Origin: Hypanus sabinus
Taxonomy: Eukaryota
Direction of reading: 5' to 3'
DNA length: 64,000 nt
Assembly: GCF_030144855.1 (NCBI RefSeq)
Contig: NC_082723.1
Span: forward strand, 54,684,001 to 54,748,000
Under the pieces are notes generated by a model. That model had not been told where the DNA came from. It searched no databases and saw only the letters and a program-made list of their open reading frames with translations. The position numbers and the translations under genes were made by a program. Of the stretch, positions 26,625-40,035 are shown in pieces (position 1 is the first letter of the stretch; each line of letters starts with the position of its first letter).

Positions 26625-26780
26625 TCATTTGGCCTTTAGAGCAAAGGAGACTTTGACACATGCCAGCTCTTCCTGGTTGCTGGTCAGCACTGCCATGGCC
26701 TTGTAGTTCCCACTGGTCATCCAAAATGGTAATTCAACAAAAGGGATGTTGAACTCAGTGTTTGGAAGAGAGTATCTACC
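26625..26780 (-). CDS. GM2A: GM2A-like last coding exon (GRYSLPNTEFNIPFVELPFWMTSGNYKAMAVLTSNQEELACVKVSFALKAK*)
   Basis: Matches human [26 protein letters not shown]...GCIKIAASLK. AACCAG acceptor, TGA stop. The spliced product is 195 aa with 8 Cys in the mature ML domain. Confidence 0.96.
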   Translation of the reverse strand, partial: GRYSLPNTEFNIPFVELPFWMTSGNYKAMAVLTSNQEELACVKVSFALKAK

Positions 26781-28364
26781 CTGGTTAGCGAAAAAGAGAG
26801 TAGTGTTAAACAAGAAACACTTGTGTGTGACATAAGCTACCAGTTCTTACTTGCAGTAATTAATGATAATCTTCCTTATACCACCCAACCCTTGAATGTT
26901 GCATGTTTTTCTTTCCTCTTCTTTCTCTCGCTTTCCTCCTTCCCAGACTGGAACTGTGCTGAGGTTTTACACAGGGCTACACTTCAGTTCCTCAGTTTTC
27001 TGTTCCATTTTTCACATGAAAATCTAGAACAAGCCAAGTAACATTCCTATCCCTTACTCAATTCACCCCCCCCCCGCCCCCCACCCCCCGTCCGAAGTCT
27101 GGTACTCAAGAACTACTCACCCTGGCCATCTCAGACTTCATGAAGCAAGGCTCCCCCCCTCCCCCCACTGCATGTTTTAAAATTGTATTTCAATTTATGT
27201 CAGGCAGTGCAATATTTGTAACCAATTCATCAACGGGCTCACCAAGTGACTTAATCAACCTCTTACAAATTTGTTCATCCATTATTAGAGTGATGGTCAC
27301 ATTAACAGCTCTGAATAATTGTCCAAAAAGGAGTCTTGCTTGCTTCACAACCTCTCATATTCTTTATTTATCAGTTTCCTTTACCTTCTCCATACTTAAA
27401 ACAGAATACCTGCCAATCCCTGATAAAACACATACGTCTGGTGTCTTTCAGCATAATCTGATTCAATTGTAAGATTTTAACACAACATGCAGATAAGGGG
27501 CAATTCATAATCTGTATACTTCATCCCACTTAAAGCATAACTAAGCTGGGAGACAATCTCCAAGAGAAGCTGGTTTCATTATTCCACCTACAGCGCTACA
27601 GAAAAGTGATTATTTCAAAGTCAACACCTTGAGTCCCTCTTACTGGAGTCAATTCAGGACACTGAGAGGCCGAAACGGAGAAATGCAAGCTGAGATATTA
27701 GACAAAAACCTAGCTGTGGCAACAGGTGAATGTGATGGAAATTGAATTTTTAATGAGAATGCCGTGCAAAGCATCAAGAGTTTATAAAGCTGGGATGGCA
27801 AGTTGTAACCCAACTTAGTTTTAGATATCGCAAAACACTCAGCAGATAAAAAATTCTGGTGGAGTTGAAAAATAATGCCATACATGAGAATTAAATGAGC
27901 AGATAAAAATGAATGGATGTATTAGCACCTATGGAGCCAACAGAGACATAGTGATCATGTGACTCTGTAATTGCCATTTTCAATGATGTTGAACTTACTC
28001 AGTGGTTTCCTCCATCTTGGAGACACATTAAATATTAAATTTCAGACATTGCTGCAGCAGTGACTCGAACAATTCCTAACCCGCTCTAAATCGAGAGCCT
28101 CCACTCCCAAGTTCCCATATTTATCTGGAAGCACTTTGTGATAGGATTTTCAGCTTGTCCAAGCTGAAGACCACCTCATGGAAATGGTTTCTTTATTTCC
28201 AACAGTTAGGGAGGGAATGAAAGCCGGGCCATTTATACAGAATGGCAGGTTTGCAATGACAGCTCCATTTTGGTCTGATGAACCATAAATGTACTTTGTG
28301 TCTGCACACTCTGATCAAAGCCAAGTTTTGAGACGTTGATCATATGGTACGAAGAAATGGTCAG

Positions 28365-29410
28365 AGTTCTACAGTGTGGAAACAGGTCCTTCGGCCCATC
28401 TTGTCGTGCCAAAGAAGGCAGCCCATTTGACCCATAAGCTTCTAAACCTTTCCTATCAATGTCTCTGTCCAACTGTGTCTGAAAAGTTGCTATTGTACCT
28501 GCCTCATCCAGTTCGTCTGCCAGCTGATTCCACATAGATACCACCTTCTGTGTAAAAACATCGCCCCTCTAGTTCCTCTTAAATCTCTCCTCTCACTCTA
28601 AACCCAAGCCCTCTAGTCCTTGATTCCCCAATTCTGAGAAAAAGACTGAGTGCATTCACCCTATCTATGCCCCTGTTCATAAGACCACTTCTCATTCTCC
28701 TTAACACAAATAAAATCCCGGCCTGTCAGTTTCTCAAGTCCTGGAAGGAGAAGAAGAAAGCCCTTAGGAGTCATTGGGTCGCTGTCGTGACGGTGTCTTA
28801 TTAACAGGCTTTCTTGTTTTTAACAAGGCCGAGTTGCTAGCTCGACGCTCAACCCAGCACGGATGGAAAGCGTGCAAGGGAGTGAGTCCTGGAAGCATCC
28901 TTGTAAATCTTTGCTGCAATCTTTAATAACATCATTCCTATACCAGGGCAACCAAGTGAACACAATACTCAGAGTGCGGTTTCATCAGCATTCTGTACAT
29001 CCCAACTTTATACTCAATGCCCTGACTTATAAAGGACAATATGGATGAAGAACTTGCATTCCAAGGTCCCATGTTCTATACTATTCCCCAGGGCCCTGCT
29101 GTTCACTGAAAAACCAACTTCTAATTGACTTTCCAAAATGCAACACCTTACACATATCTGAATTAAATTCCATTTGCCACTCCTTGACTAACTTACCTAG
29201 CTGATCAAAATCCCCCTACAATTTTTGATAACTTTCTTCATTGTCCACTATACCACACATTTTTGTTTTATTTGCAAACTTACTATTGTACCTTCTTATC
29301 CAATTTGCTGATAGAATAGACAAATAGCAATAGGTCTGGCACTGACCCTTCCACTATCACCCACTGCTTTCCACCACCAGGCCAATTGAGTATCAAATTA
29401 GCTAGCTTTA
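28365..29410 (-). mobile_element. Old CR1 fragment in GM2A intron with a 137-bp insertion (28748-28884)
   Basis: CR1 3' similarity; the insertion is flanked by a perfect 11-bp TSD AGTCCTGGAAG and has a (TTC)n tail on the minus strand. Confidence 0.7.
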
Positions 29411-31627
29411 CCCATTCGATATAAGCACTTGGGTTTAATAGTATTTCCAGGGCTATGGGCTTGGGAATTGAACTGGACCTTGCTTCTTGTGTCCTTCACT
29501 GCATTCATTGGGGCTGAGCTCCACAGGAATGATCACTGACCAGCACCGAACTTAGTCCGACTGTTGAAAAATAAACTGCAGGCCTGCTGTGAGGAGGAGG
29601 AAGAGGGTAATGGAAGATAATGCTCTTAATCAATTCTTGTTTGTCACTTCCAGCACCTTGGAGGCCTGCGATTTAGGCAGACTACCAGCGGATAGAACTG
29701 GTGTAGAGAAAAGTACCACTGGATAGAAGATGGTGTTGGAATGTCTGGAGTAACAGAATTCTGCCGACAAAACAACAGGCACCAGTTGGATAAAAGAAAG
29801 CTGTGCTCCCATTTGTTGGTGTGGGTTGTGCTCTTGCCTGTTATTTTACACTGAGTGTACTGAGTTACAGAAGGGTACATTTCGTTATGGTGTTGTGTGG
29901 CTCACTTCCAGACCCATGCTGCAATTAGGAAAAGACAATCGTCCTTTTCCAATTTTAGAGAGCTTGCCCATTTTGGAGGTAGCCATGCACTTTCAACAAA
30001 GATGAGTAAAAGCACAAGGGCTACAGAAAGAGGGCAGGAGAATGTGCTGAGAGGGAGATAAATCAGCCACCATCGAATGGCAGAGCAAACCGACGGGCCA
30101 AGTGATCCAATTCTGTTCCATTGTCTTCTGGTCTCAAAGGTGTTTTATAACCACACTTAGTAACAGTTAATTTTACCTGACACTATGTGGCTCATGTTTG
30201 ACATCAGTAATGCAAGAAACAGAAGCAAGAACTAACCTTCCAGCTTCAATTCAGTCACATTGGTCATGTCCACTCCTTCACGCACAGACATATAGAACCA
30301 AATCTATCAAGCGTGATGCATAAAGCATTCACAAAATCTTTTAGGTAGGGAACTCCAACGATACAGAATCTGCTTCATGAAGAAATCTCTCATCACAGAC
30401 CAAAATGGCCGATTCCCTTATTCCGCAACCACAGCCCCTAGCCTAGACTCTCTGGCTGAAGGATATAGCCTCTCAGCATCTAGTCCGCCAATCTCTCTCA
30501 GAACCTTGTATATCTTAATGAAATCATCTTTTTAAAAAAGACTTAATTGAAGATCAACTAATCTTGTTTCACAGGACAAATCCTTATAATCAAGTGAATT
30601 CATGCTCCAAAGGAATTATACCTTCCTTCAGAAGGAAAGTGCATTGCACTCTGAGGCTGAACCACTGCTCTGATCAATCTTAGAAGGTTGCTTACTTTGG
30701 TAGTTAAATCCTTTGGCACTCGCACTATCAATAGCTAATTGTATCTTTCCACTTCTGATAAACTAATGCAGCACTCTTTCTACAACTGGGTGCTTTGGAA
30801 GCGTGCTCTCTGTCGGAAAGCATAAAAAGGCAGCTAATCTGCAAACTGCTGTATTATTTTATTTCTGAATCAATGATCTGAAAATTAGTTACGAGCGTTA
30901 TTAATTGAAGGACAAAAGTTGACTGGGATATTTGGGGAAATCCTCTGCTTTTGCTGGCCATTTCCTTTTTCTAGTGATACCCTCACCTGAAGAGGCTGAC
31001 AAGGGTTCAGATCAACATCTTAGTTCAGATTGCACCTTTTGGTATCAATCTATTCGGCAGCCTAGTGCAATGTAGTCAAGACTCAAGAGTTACAAATGTG
31101 GAATTCCTAGTTCTGTTTCTAAAGTGAATAAACCAATTAAAGTGTGGGACAAATGGTTATTTGTGTGAAGAGGTGAAAGTCACATTTTGTTCCATTCCAA
31201 AGGCTTCAGCACAACATCTACATTGGCACGGTAGTTTAGTGCTTTATTCACAGAAATGCTTTATTTCAGAAGAGATGTCAACTGAAACCCCATTGTGTTC
31301 TAGCGTCCCAAAGCACTATATTAAAAAAGCAAAAGGGTTGATAGCTCTCATGTCTGAACCAACATCCATACCAATAACAATGGTCTAAGAAGGCGTGCTT
31401 CTGATTTAAGCAGCTACTGCTGAGGGCATGTAATTACTTGCTGGCAGTTAACAAAACAAGAAATGAAACTAAATTCTTTACTAATAACACTTCTTATGTT
31501 AAAAAATAATTATGGTAAATGATCACTGCAAACAAAAAAAGAGGTTATCTTCATGTCTTTTTTTTAAAGTGGGTTCCTTTCGGTTTCTTATTTTCTGGCA
31601 GCCTGTGAGGACATGAATCTCAAGGTT

Positions 31628-31940
31628 GTATTGTGTGTGTGTAGGCCTCCATTCGTCTCGATAGACCATGGATCTGCACCTTGGAAAGTTTCTAGGGCGC
31701 AAGCCTGGGCAAGGTTTTATTTTAAAAATGGAAGACCGGCAGTTGCCCAAGCTGCAAGTCTCCCCTCTCCACACCACCAATGTTGTCCAAGGGAAGGGCA
31801 TTAGGACCCATACAGCTTGACACCGCAGAGCAATGTGTGGTTAAGTGCCTTGCTCAAGGACACACATGCAAGCCTCAGCCAAGGCTCGAACTTCAGGTAA
31901 TTAGATGAACGCCTTAACCACCTGGCCACGAGCCAACACA
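31628..31940 (-). mobile_element. tRNA-derived SINE
   Basis: Box A TGGCCAGGTGG and box B GTTCGAGCC, followed by GTGTCCTTGAGCAAGGCACTTAACC. Confidence 0.7.
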
Positions 31941-32389
31941 AGGTTTTCTAACGTACACATAACTGGATGATAAATCTACTTTGAACAAGTACCTGTTTTT
32001 TTTTTTTGCTTCTGACTTGGGTTGTATGCAAGCCCTATTTGTAATTTGTGAGAACTTGTTATGTAGAAACCGACAGCCAGATCTGCTACTTTTTCATGAC
32101 AACACTTGCGAAATATCTAATTTTCCCCAGAGTGCTTTGTGGTGAACTGCCAAGATCCAGAGCAAATGCACCTTTGACTGTATAAACTGTAGATCAAGCA
32201 AGACATGCACATTCAGAAGCTGGTGATGAATGGAATCACAAGTTCTTTTCGAATTGCACAGGAATTGCATCAATTAGAGCTGTATAAATGACCAGATCTC
32301 CTGCAAACACGCGGCTGATTCTGTTGGGAATATGAAATTTCAGAGCACTCCGTCAGTTTGCTTATGGGAAAAATTGAAGAGCATCTTAC

Positions 32390-32572
32390 CGCTTTAAAAG
32401 GACAGTGACACGGGAGCCCGTATGTAAACAGTGGTTCTGGGCAGTTCTGCCCCGGTGGGATCAGCATATTGAGCAGTGCACAGACATCGTTGTAAGTGCA
32501 GCTTCCAATTTTACCCAAACAAGGAACTTCAATCCAGATGCCAGCTTCTTCCTTGTGCAATGTTAAATTAAC
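32390..32572 (-). CDS. GM2A: GM2A-like coding exon 3 ([61 protein letters not shown])
   Basis: Diagnostic [17 protein letters not shown] motif. 183 nt; GACAG / GTAAGA sites. Confidence 0.97.
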
Positions 32573-32929
32573 CTGTCGAACATAAACTTGAATTTATATA
32601 GTGACTGCAACATAAAATACCCTAAGGGGTTCCCGCTTGTTTTCTCCAACAAAAAAACACCATCAAATCACGGAGGAAGCAAAGAAAACAAACTACAGGA
32701 GGAGTTCAGTGGGTCAGGCAGGATACAGGGAGACAGAGGGATGGTCCACTCACTGAACTCTTCAAGTAGTTGTTTTGTTTTTCCGTTCCATATTCCAGCA
32801 TCTGCAATCACTTTTGTCTCCAACTAAGGGATAATTACAAAAGTGACAAAAAGTGTTGGCAAAGTTCAAGGGAGGAATTCAACCCTATGACCTTGTCTGC
32901 TGAAAGTGCAACCAACTATGGCAAAAAAT

Positions 32930-32996
<67 letters not shown>
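32930..32996. repeat. (GA)n microsatellite
   Basis: About 30 GA units. Confidence 0.97.
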
Positions 32997-32998
<2 letters not shown>

Positions 32999-33773
32999 TC
33001 AGGCATGTACAAAAGGCCAAGATTTGAGGGATATACAAGCCGTAGTGGGATTACAGCTGAAAGAATTTGGAGAGTGGGTTGTGTGAGGAAAGGTAGAGCA
33101 GGTACAGGAGGTACTTGAAGAAGTGTGAAGTCAGGTCAGGAGCAAAGGTAGATTGCTTTATATTGGGTGATGGGTGAATAGCCCTGTTTTGATACTGTCA
33201 CAATTGTGGAGGGTAGCAAGTGCGAGCCCAGTTGGGGAAGTATTCGAAATAGTATAGTCTGGAAATAACAAAGGCTCAGATAAAGGTTTTCAGCAGCACA
33301 TAACCTGTCTCTGCAATATAAATGGAACAAGCAAGGATAACTAACGATAAAGGATGTATTTATTTTCGGATCACTGCTACACGGATAGAACCTCACATAA
33401 AGAACAATATACTGGAACTAACATAGCCATTTGAGCCAATCCCAAGCCAGATATTCCGCAGCAAGCAAGAAGCGTAATGGAACTCTCTCTGGATTAGTGC
33501 AGGCCCAACACTAGAAACTCATTACAACCCTGGGCAAAGCAAGCAGCTCGACCGTTAGTCCCAACGGCAGATTCCCTCCGGGGTCTGCATGCCCCGGCTT
33601 TAGTGTGTCCTGATCACAACAATTACTACATCAGGGCCCGCTCTCGCACCCAGGAGCTGCATCTAGTAGAAAGTGGACAGATTGCATTTGGGTCCTACAC
33701 CACTGACTTGGTCAGGGCAAGGCCCATCGTGGAACTGAACAGGCTGGGTACAGGGCAGTGGATTGATTCTTAC

Positions 33774-33929
33774 TGTTAAAGGCGCTTCAAGGGTAACACT
33801 GGTGGAAGCTGTTGCACTGGCTTGAAGGTCCCCAGGAAGGTTGATTGGATCTGGTTGGATGGACAGAGCCTCAAGGACTGCAGGGTTCTTCTTACTCCCG
33901 CAGTTAGCCCAGGAAAAGAAGCCACGACT
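33774..33929 (-). CDS. GM2A: GM2A-like coding exon 2 (SRGFFSWANCGSKKNPAVLEALSIQPDPINLPGDLQASATASTSVTLEAPLT)
   Basis: Matches human [29 protein letters not shown]. Canonical AG / GTAAGA sites, 156 nt. Confidence 0.95.
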
Positions 33930-36900
33930 CTGAAAGAGAAGAGCAATGAACGAGAAGTGAACAAATGTCTGCTGGGCGCAATCTTGATCTTTCCTGAAAG
34001 GCTTTAAAGAGTGCATTCTGCAGAATTGCAAGAATCTGGAAACAGCCATTCGGCCCACTGAGTCAGTCTGGGTTCTATGCAAGAGCAACCAGTTGCCCTC
34101 ACCCTGTAGCCCATCGAATTCTCTCTTTCAAAACCAGCCTCTTTACTATCTTGGTAGAGCACTCCACACCCTAACCACTCACTGTGTTAAAACAAAGCAT
34201 TTCCTTGTGTCATTTTTATCTCTTTGACAATCACTTTTCCCTCGTTTCCTGTTCCTTTGCCCTTCTGCTGGTGTTAACAGTTTCACCACGTCTATTCTAT
34301 CCATCCAGTTTGACATTTTACAGCCCTGCAGTTAATCAATTCTATTTCAAGAAGAACAATCCATTCCAAAGCCAGTTAACCCTGAATCGCTGAGGTAAAT
34401 CTTTCCTGCAACCTCTCCAATGCGTTTACATTGTACTGAAACATGTTGCTCAGATCTGGACCAGTACTCCATTTATGGTGGTACCAATGTTTTATTAAGG
34501 TCCATCATGACTTCCTTGTGCTTGCCCTTGATGTCTGCTTTCAAGGCCAGAGCCCCCGTATTCTTTTCCTATTTTCCCAACCAGCCCCGTTGCTTTCAGT
34601 GAAATACCTGTGTTTCACCAGATCTTTCTGTTTATGTAGGCCTTTTAGAATGGAGCCCTATGGCTTGTAATACCTCACCAAAAGTGACCTGCACACACTG
34701 CGCTGGACGCCAAGCCAGTTACAGCTATTGTGAAATTTAAAAGGCTTTTACACAATCCAGATTCTTTTCTTGCAGCAGAAATGCATCAGTTATTCTTCCG
34801 ACAGTTCTGCTTAATGGAATCAAGATTCAGTGATAAAATAGAAACGGCATCTCAGATCAGAGAACAATTAACAAAATATCCAAATGTCACCTTTCAACAT
34901 TACACATCGCCTACTGTACCAAACTTTTCTATGTTCATGCCTCAGGATTCACCCCACTTCTAGCATTGTGCCAAATATAAATTTGGAAATTTTGCTCATC
35001 ACTCTCTGATTAGAAATGCCAGTGTCCAGGAACAGAGGGGCCGTGGATTCAGCCCAGTCTGTCTCAGACAAAGCCCTCCCAATCATTAGGTACATTTACA
35101 ACGAGTGTTGCCGCAAGGAAGCAGCGTCTATCAACAAGGACCCATCATCCAAGCCATGCCCTTTTACCATCGGGCAGGAGGCACCAGAGACCTTGGGGCT
35201 CCCACTCCACCAGATTCGGGAACTACCCTGCAGCTATCAGGCTCCCGAACCACTATGGATAACATCACTCACCTCAACGCTGAATTCACTCAACAATGTA
35301 CGGACCCAACAATTCATGTTCTCAGTATTACTGATTTGTTCTAATTTATTACTTGAATAATTTGCCCTCTTGTGCACATTGGCAGTTCGTCAATCTTTGC
35401 TATGTATAGTTTTTCATAAATTCTATTGTATTTCTTCATTTTCCTGTAAATGCTGGCAAGAAAATGAATCTCGAGGTAGTATATGGTAACATATGGGTAT
35501 TTTAATAATGAATTTACTTTGAACATTGAATACTTTTGATTTTATCTGTACCTCATACCACAAACAGAACAAGTGAGAGAATGACTGCGACTGTTTTACT
35601 GCCAGAATGGAACCGAATTGCTGAATATGGCTATTGATTTCACAACCGCGGTAACTGACCGTCTGGCATCCGGCACAGTGTGCATGGGTCGCTTTGTGGC
35701 CAAATTAAACCTCCGGAGTTAACAGTATGTCTGTCCCCGTTTGGACTTGGCACTTTTGTGCTGCCAAAACCATATCAACAAAGAATTTTTAAAAAGCTGG
35801 ACACTTATTCAACACCTTCTACAGCCCAAAGAGGTCAATAAATAACCTTTTAGAGACGTCAGCACTTTAGAAACACAGGAAAGCAAGACTGGGTATTGAT
35901 CAGAAACCTCTCAAAGCAAGAACAAAAAAACCCCACAAAAATTCTAGACATTTCAATGTTACTTTGGGATACACAGGGTGAGGACATTGCTCTTACATTT
36001 TACGCATCTACATCTCTCATCTTGTAAATAAAGCACGTTATTACATATACCTTTCTAACTACTTTTCCAACCCACCATGCTGCTTTCAAGGAACCTGATC
36101 GGTTCTACAGTGCATGGGTATTCTTCTATGTTTGAACACTCATCTGGAAAATGCCGCCCTGACACGGGGTCATAATTGGTCTCTGCATTTGTCTTTGCCT
36201 AGTGTGTATATGGGGTTTGGGTCAGTTGGGATATGTATTCTTATAAAACCATGGCAGCTGACTTATTGCTTTATTGTCCAGGATTACTTGCTTATGTGAA
36301 AGATAGATATTTCAGATATAATTACTAAGCTCTTAATGTTTCAGAGGCATGCAGCATCCCCGCTAGCCACTACTACCCCGTGCTTACCCCGCTGTCACCA
36401 TTGCAACTGCCTAGCTGTTGAACTGCAACCCACCAAATTGGTGTCACCAAGAAGACATGAACCAAAAATAGCCCCTTTAGCTTGTGTCTCACTCCCTGTG
36501 ACAACATATCTAATATAAACAGACCAGATGCTGGCGTTGAGCGACATCGTCCAGAGAAGAAAATTAACAGTCCACTTTTCTGCCCTGTCGGGGTGTCACG
36601 GCCATCTGAAGAGTACCTCCATTATACTTGTGTGTGACATTGCTTATAAAACTATGTTTCGCTGCATTTAAAGCCCTCGGAAGCTCACTCCTCTCTCTCT
36701 CTCTCTTCGGACCCGGCCCTCCTGGAGATTTCGTTGCTCCTCTCAATACCAACTTCGCATTTGATCTCCCACTAGTGGCAACTTTCTCATCTCACTTACA
36801 CAGTCCCTCTGGTCCAAAACAGATCACTTCTCCATCTCATCTTCCTCTTTTACAGCGCTTCATAGAACTACTTACAGTAACCTGTCCTAATATTTTCCTC

Positions 36901-37023
36901 CCCAGCTATGTGACTTTTTTGTGTTTGATAATGCTGGATTATTAAATGACAGGCATTATATAAGATATGCGGCTGTTTATAATGTGCCGACTGCCCGGAT
37001 CACAGTGAGAGTAGACGACGTAC

Positions 37024-37116
37024 CAGCAGCTGCTTCCCACCACTCAACTCCCCATTATCCGCCAGAGACGTAGAGACAAACCCCAAACAAATGAGGAGGG
37101 TAAAGGGAATCGTCAT
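37024..37116 (-). CDS. GM2A: GM2 ganglioside activator-like, coding exon 1 (signal peptide MTIPFTLLICLGFVSTSLA-DNGELSGGKQLL)
   Basis: Hydrophobic signal peptide with an SLA cleavage motif. Donor CTG|GTACGT, phase 0; acceptor TTTTTTCCGACACAG at 37128 implies an upstream UTR exon. Confidence 0.85.
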
Positions 37117-37239
37117 TGCACCGAATCCTGTGTCGGAAAAAATGCAGAGAGTACAGAACGAATTAAAACAGTAATATGTCAAAACAGGCTCGGCTCCATC
37201 AATAAGCTCTTGCAACTGTGTTATAAACACAAAAGATAC

Positions 37240-37450
37240 TTGCAGATGTTGCTCGGGCTGAGTTCAGCTTCCTGGCGCTCCGCTCGCTGCAGGTAGAGCG
37301 CCGTCCACAGCCCGACCACCCGAATGGGAGCAGCAGCTCCGGATAATCGGGACACAAGGACGCGGGGGAGGGTGCAAGAGGTGTCAGTTCCCTCGCAAGG
37401 ACGTGAGCAGAAACGTTTCTTCGCCCTCTGCGGGCTGGATGTCCATGTAT
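37240..37450 (-). promoter_or_regulatory. GM2A promoter / non-coding first exon (small CpG-rich patch)
   Basis: GC/CpG-rich patch about 110 nt upstream of the acceptor preceding the ATG exon. The donor is ambiguous (GCAAGT or GTATCT near 37240). Confidence 0.5.
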
Positions 37451-38204
37451 CGTCCAGTTAGCATTGAGTGTGAGGGCGATGTGCACCTGATCCTGCACTT
37501 TGCTGAGGGATCTGACCTGAGCCCTGAGCCAGGGCACACATGCAGACCTCATAGGTATTGCATCGGACTTTAAATTTTAAAGCATAGGGTAGCCATCATG
37601 TCTGGTAAAAATAATAGTGTTGATGACCTAGAATGGAAAAATAAGTGCAGGTGTTTTTTTTTAAGTTATTATTTTAAATTAATTTATAGCCCAGAATGGT
37701 GTTTGCAATCATTTTTCTATGTTTAAATCATTTTGAATTATTTTTAATCTCTCTGCTCATCAGAGACACTTAAAAGCAGTTCGAAGATATCTGACAGGGA
37801 TGAGTCGAGAGTCAAGCCATCAAGGCAGTTCAGGAAGAGTGGCCCCTACCTCCGGCCTAGGTGTCTCTTGTGGCCTGTCAGCTCCACTGTGAAAGCTGGA
37901 GCCAGCGGGCCTCCTGTTCGCCAGTGCCCTGGGGGTTGGAAAAGTCAGTGTAATGGGGAAATAGTGCGGGAGGAGGCTCAATCGTGGCACGGTGTGACCC
38001 GTTGTCTGTGGCTCTGCTCACTGCACTTCAGGATCGACACCAAGAATTGGAGTGGGTGTGGAAGCTGCTGAAAGCTGAGAGACAGAGAGAGCGGGGGGTG
38101 GGGGACCTGGATTGTCTTTCTTGTCGCAGAGGAAGTGGAGGTGAGAAGTAACGGAAGTGCTGAAGTAAAAGTAGAAATAGACAGCAGCTCAGGCAGCATC
38201 TGTG

Positions 38205-38745
38205 GGGGAGCTTCCCACTGGCAAAACATTTTAATTCCCATTCCCATTCTGACACGTCGGTCCATGGTCTACTCTTGTGCCAAGACGGGACTGCCCTCAG
38301 GGTGGGGGAGCATCTTCTTATATTCTGTCTGTGTAGCCTCCAACCTGATGGCATGACTATCAATTTCTCCTTCTGATAAAGAATCCACCCCCTCCCCGTT
38401 TCTCTATTTCTCATTCTGACCTTTCACCTCTTCTCCCCTACATATCACTACCCCCATGGGTCCCCTCCTCCTTCCCTTTCTCCCATGGTCCACTCTCCTC
38501 TCCGACCAGATTCCTTCTTCTCCAACTCTTGACCTTTCCCACCCACCTGATTTCCCCATCACCTTCCAGCTACCCTCCTTCCCCTCCTCCACCTTTTTAT
38601 TCTGGCATCTTCCCCCCCCCCCCCCGCCTTCTCAGTCCTGAGGAAGGTTCTCAGCCCAAAACGTCGTCTGTTCATTCATTTCCATGGATGTTGCCTGACC
38701 TCCAGCATTTTTCATGTGTTGCTTCCAGCATCTGTATTTACTGTT
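38205..38745 (+). mobile_element. PLE 3' fragment with degenerate hammerhead tail; similar copies at 43725-44210, 45060-45840 and 57770-58490
   Basis: Shared GIY-YIG C-terminal remnant, pyrimidine-rich tract and CTGAnGAAGGG...AAACG tail. Confidence 0.75.
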
Positions 38746-39374
38746 TCTATATGTATACTTAAGGCAGATGTTGATAGATCCTTGATTTGTCAGGGCATGG
38801 AGGGATACGGGAGAAGACAGGAGGTTGGGGCTGAGAGGAAAATTGGATCGGCCAAGATGAAATGGCAGAGCAGACTTGATGGGCCCCATGGCCTAATTCT
38901 GTTCCTGTACCTTATGGTCACCTACAGACTTTCTTGTGTTTATGATATATGGAAAGAGGAGTGTTGAATATTCCAGATCAGAAATGAACAGCAAAAGAGA
39001 GAAAACAAGTTAAACAAGTTAAAATACATTTCAGTTAGAAGTGGGAAAGGCGATGGGTGGAACAAAAGGAATATATCAGATAGCATGAACCCAGGTGGCT
39101 CAACGTTGAGTAATATTCTCACTTTATCAGAAATATTCCTTCTTTTCCACCCATCCCTCTTGCTCACTTAAACTCCTTGCTCTCTCATCCTCCCAGTTCT
39201 GATGTAGGGTCCTGGATTTGAAACATTATCTCCATGGATGCTGCCCTTCCTGCTGAATGTTTCTATCATTCTCCGATTTTTTTCTGCTCATCTCTACAAG
39301 TATCTGCTGCTTTTATTGACTTTCACTTAACAGAAATGCTTACTGTTGTAAGGGGTTTGACAGAGTTAAGACTG

Positions 39375-40035
39375 TAAGTCATAGGAGCAGAATTAGGCCA
39401 TTCAGTCCATCTAGTCTGTTCCATGATTTGATCATGACTGATTTATTCTTCCTGTAAAGCCCATTGCCTTGCCTTCTCCCCAAAACCATGGACACCCTTA
39501 CTAATCAAGAACTTATCAACCATCGCTCTAAATATGCCCAATGGTTTGTCCTCCACTGCCACCTATCACAATGAATTCCACAGTTCACCACTCACTAGCT
39601 GAAGAATTTCCTTCTCATCTCTGTTCTAAAGGGACATCTTTCTATTCTGAGGCTGTGCCTTCAGTCCTAGATTCTCCCTCAACTGGAAACATCCTCTCCA
39701 TGTCCACTCTATCAGGGCCTTTAAATATCTGTTAGGTTTCAATGAGGTCACCCTCATTCTTCTAAACTCAAGTTAGTACAGGCCCAGAGCTGGTAAATGA
39801 TTCCCATTCGTTAACCCTTTAATTCCCAGGATCATTCTCAAGATATGGGGCCCAAATCTGCTCTCAATACTCCGAATATGATCTGGTCAATGCCTTATAA
39901 AGCCTCAGCATTACATCCTTGGTTTTATATTCTAGTCCTCTCGAAATCGCTCAACCTGCAAGTTAACCCTTAGGGAATCCTGCACAAGGACCCCCGAGTC
40001 CTTTTGCACCTCCGATTTCTGAAATCACTGCCTGT
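39375..40035 (-). mobile_element. Degenerate CR1 3' fragment
   Basis: Similar to 41642-42400. Confidence 0.7.

Noticed and set aside
26625-37116. GM2A as a processed pseudogene
   Set aside because: All introns, splice sites, cysteines and the reading frame are intact.
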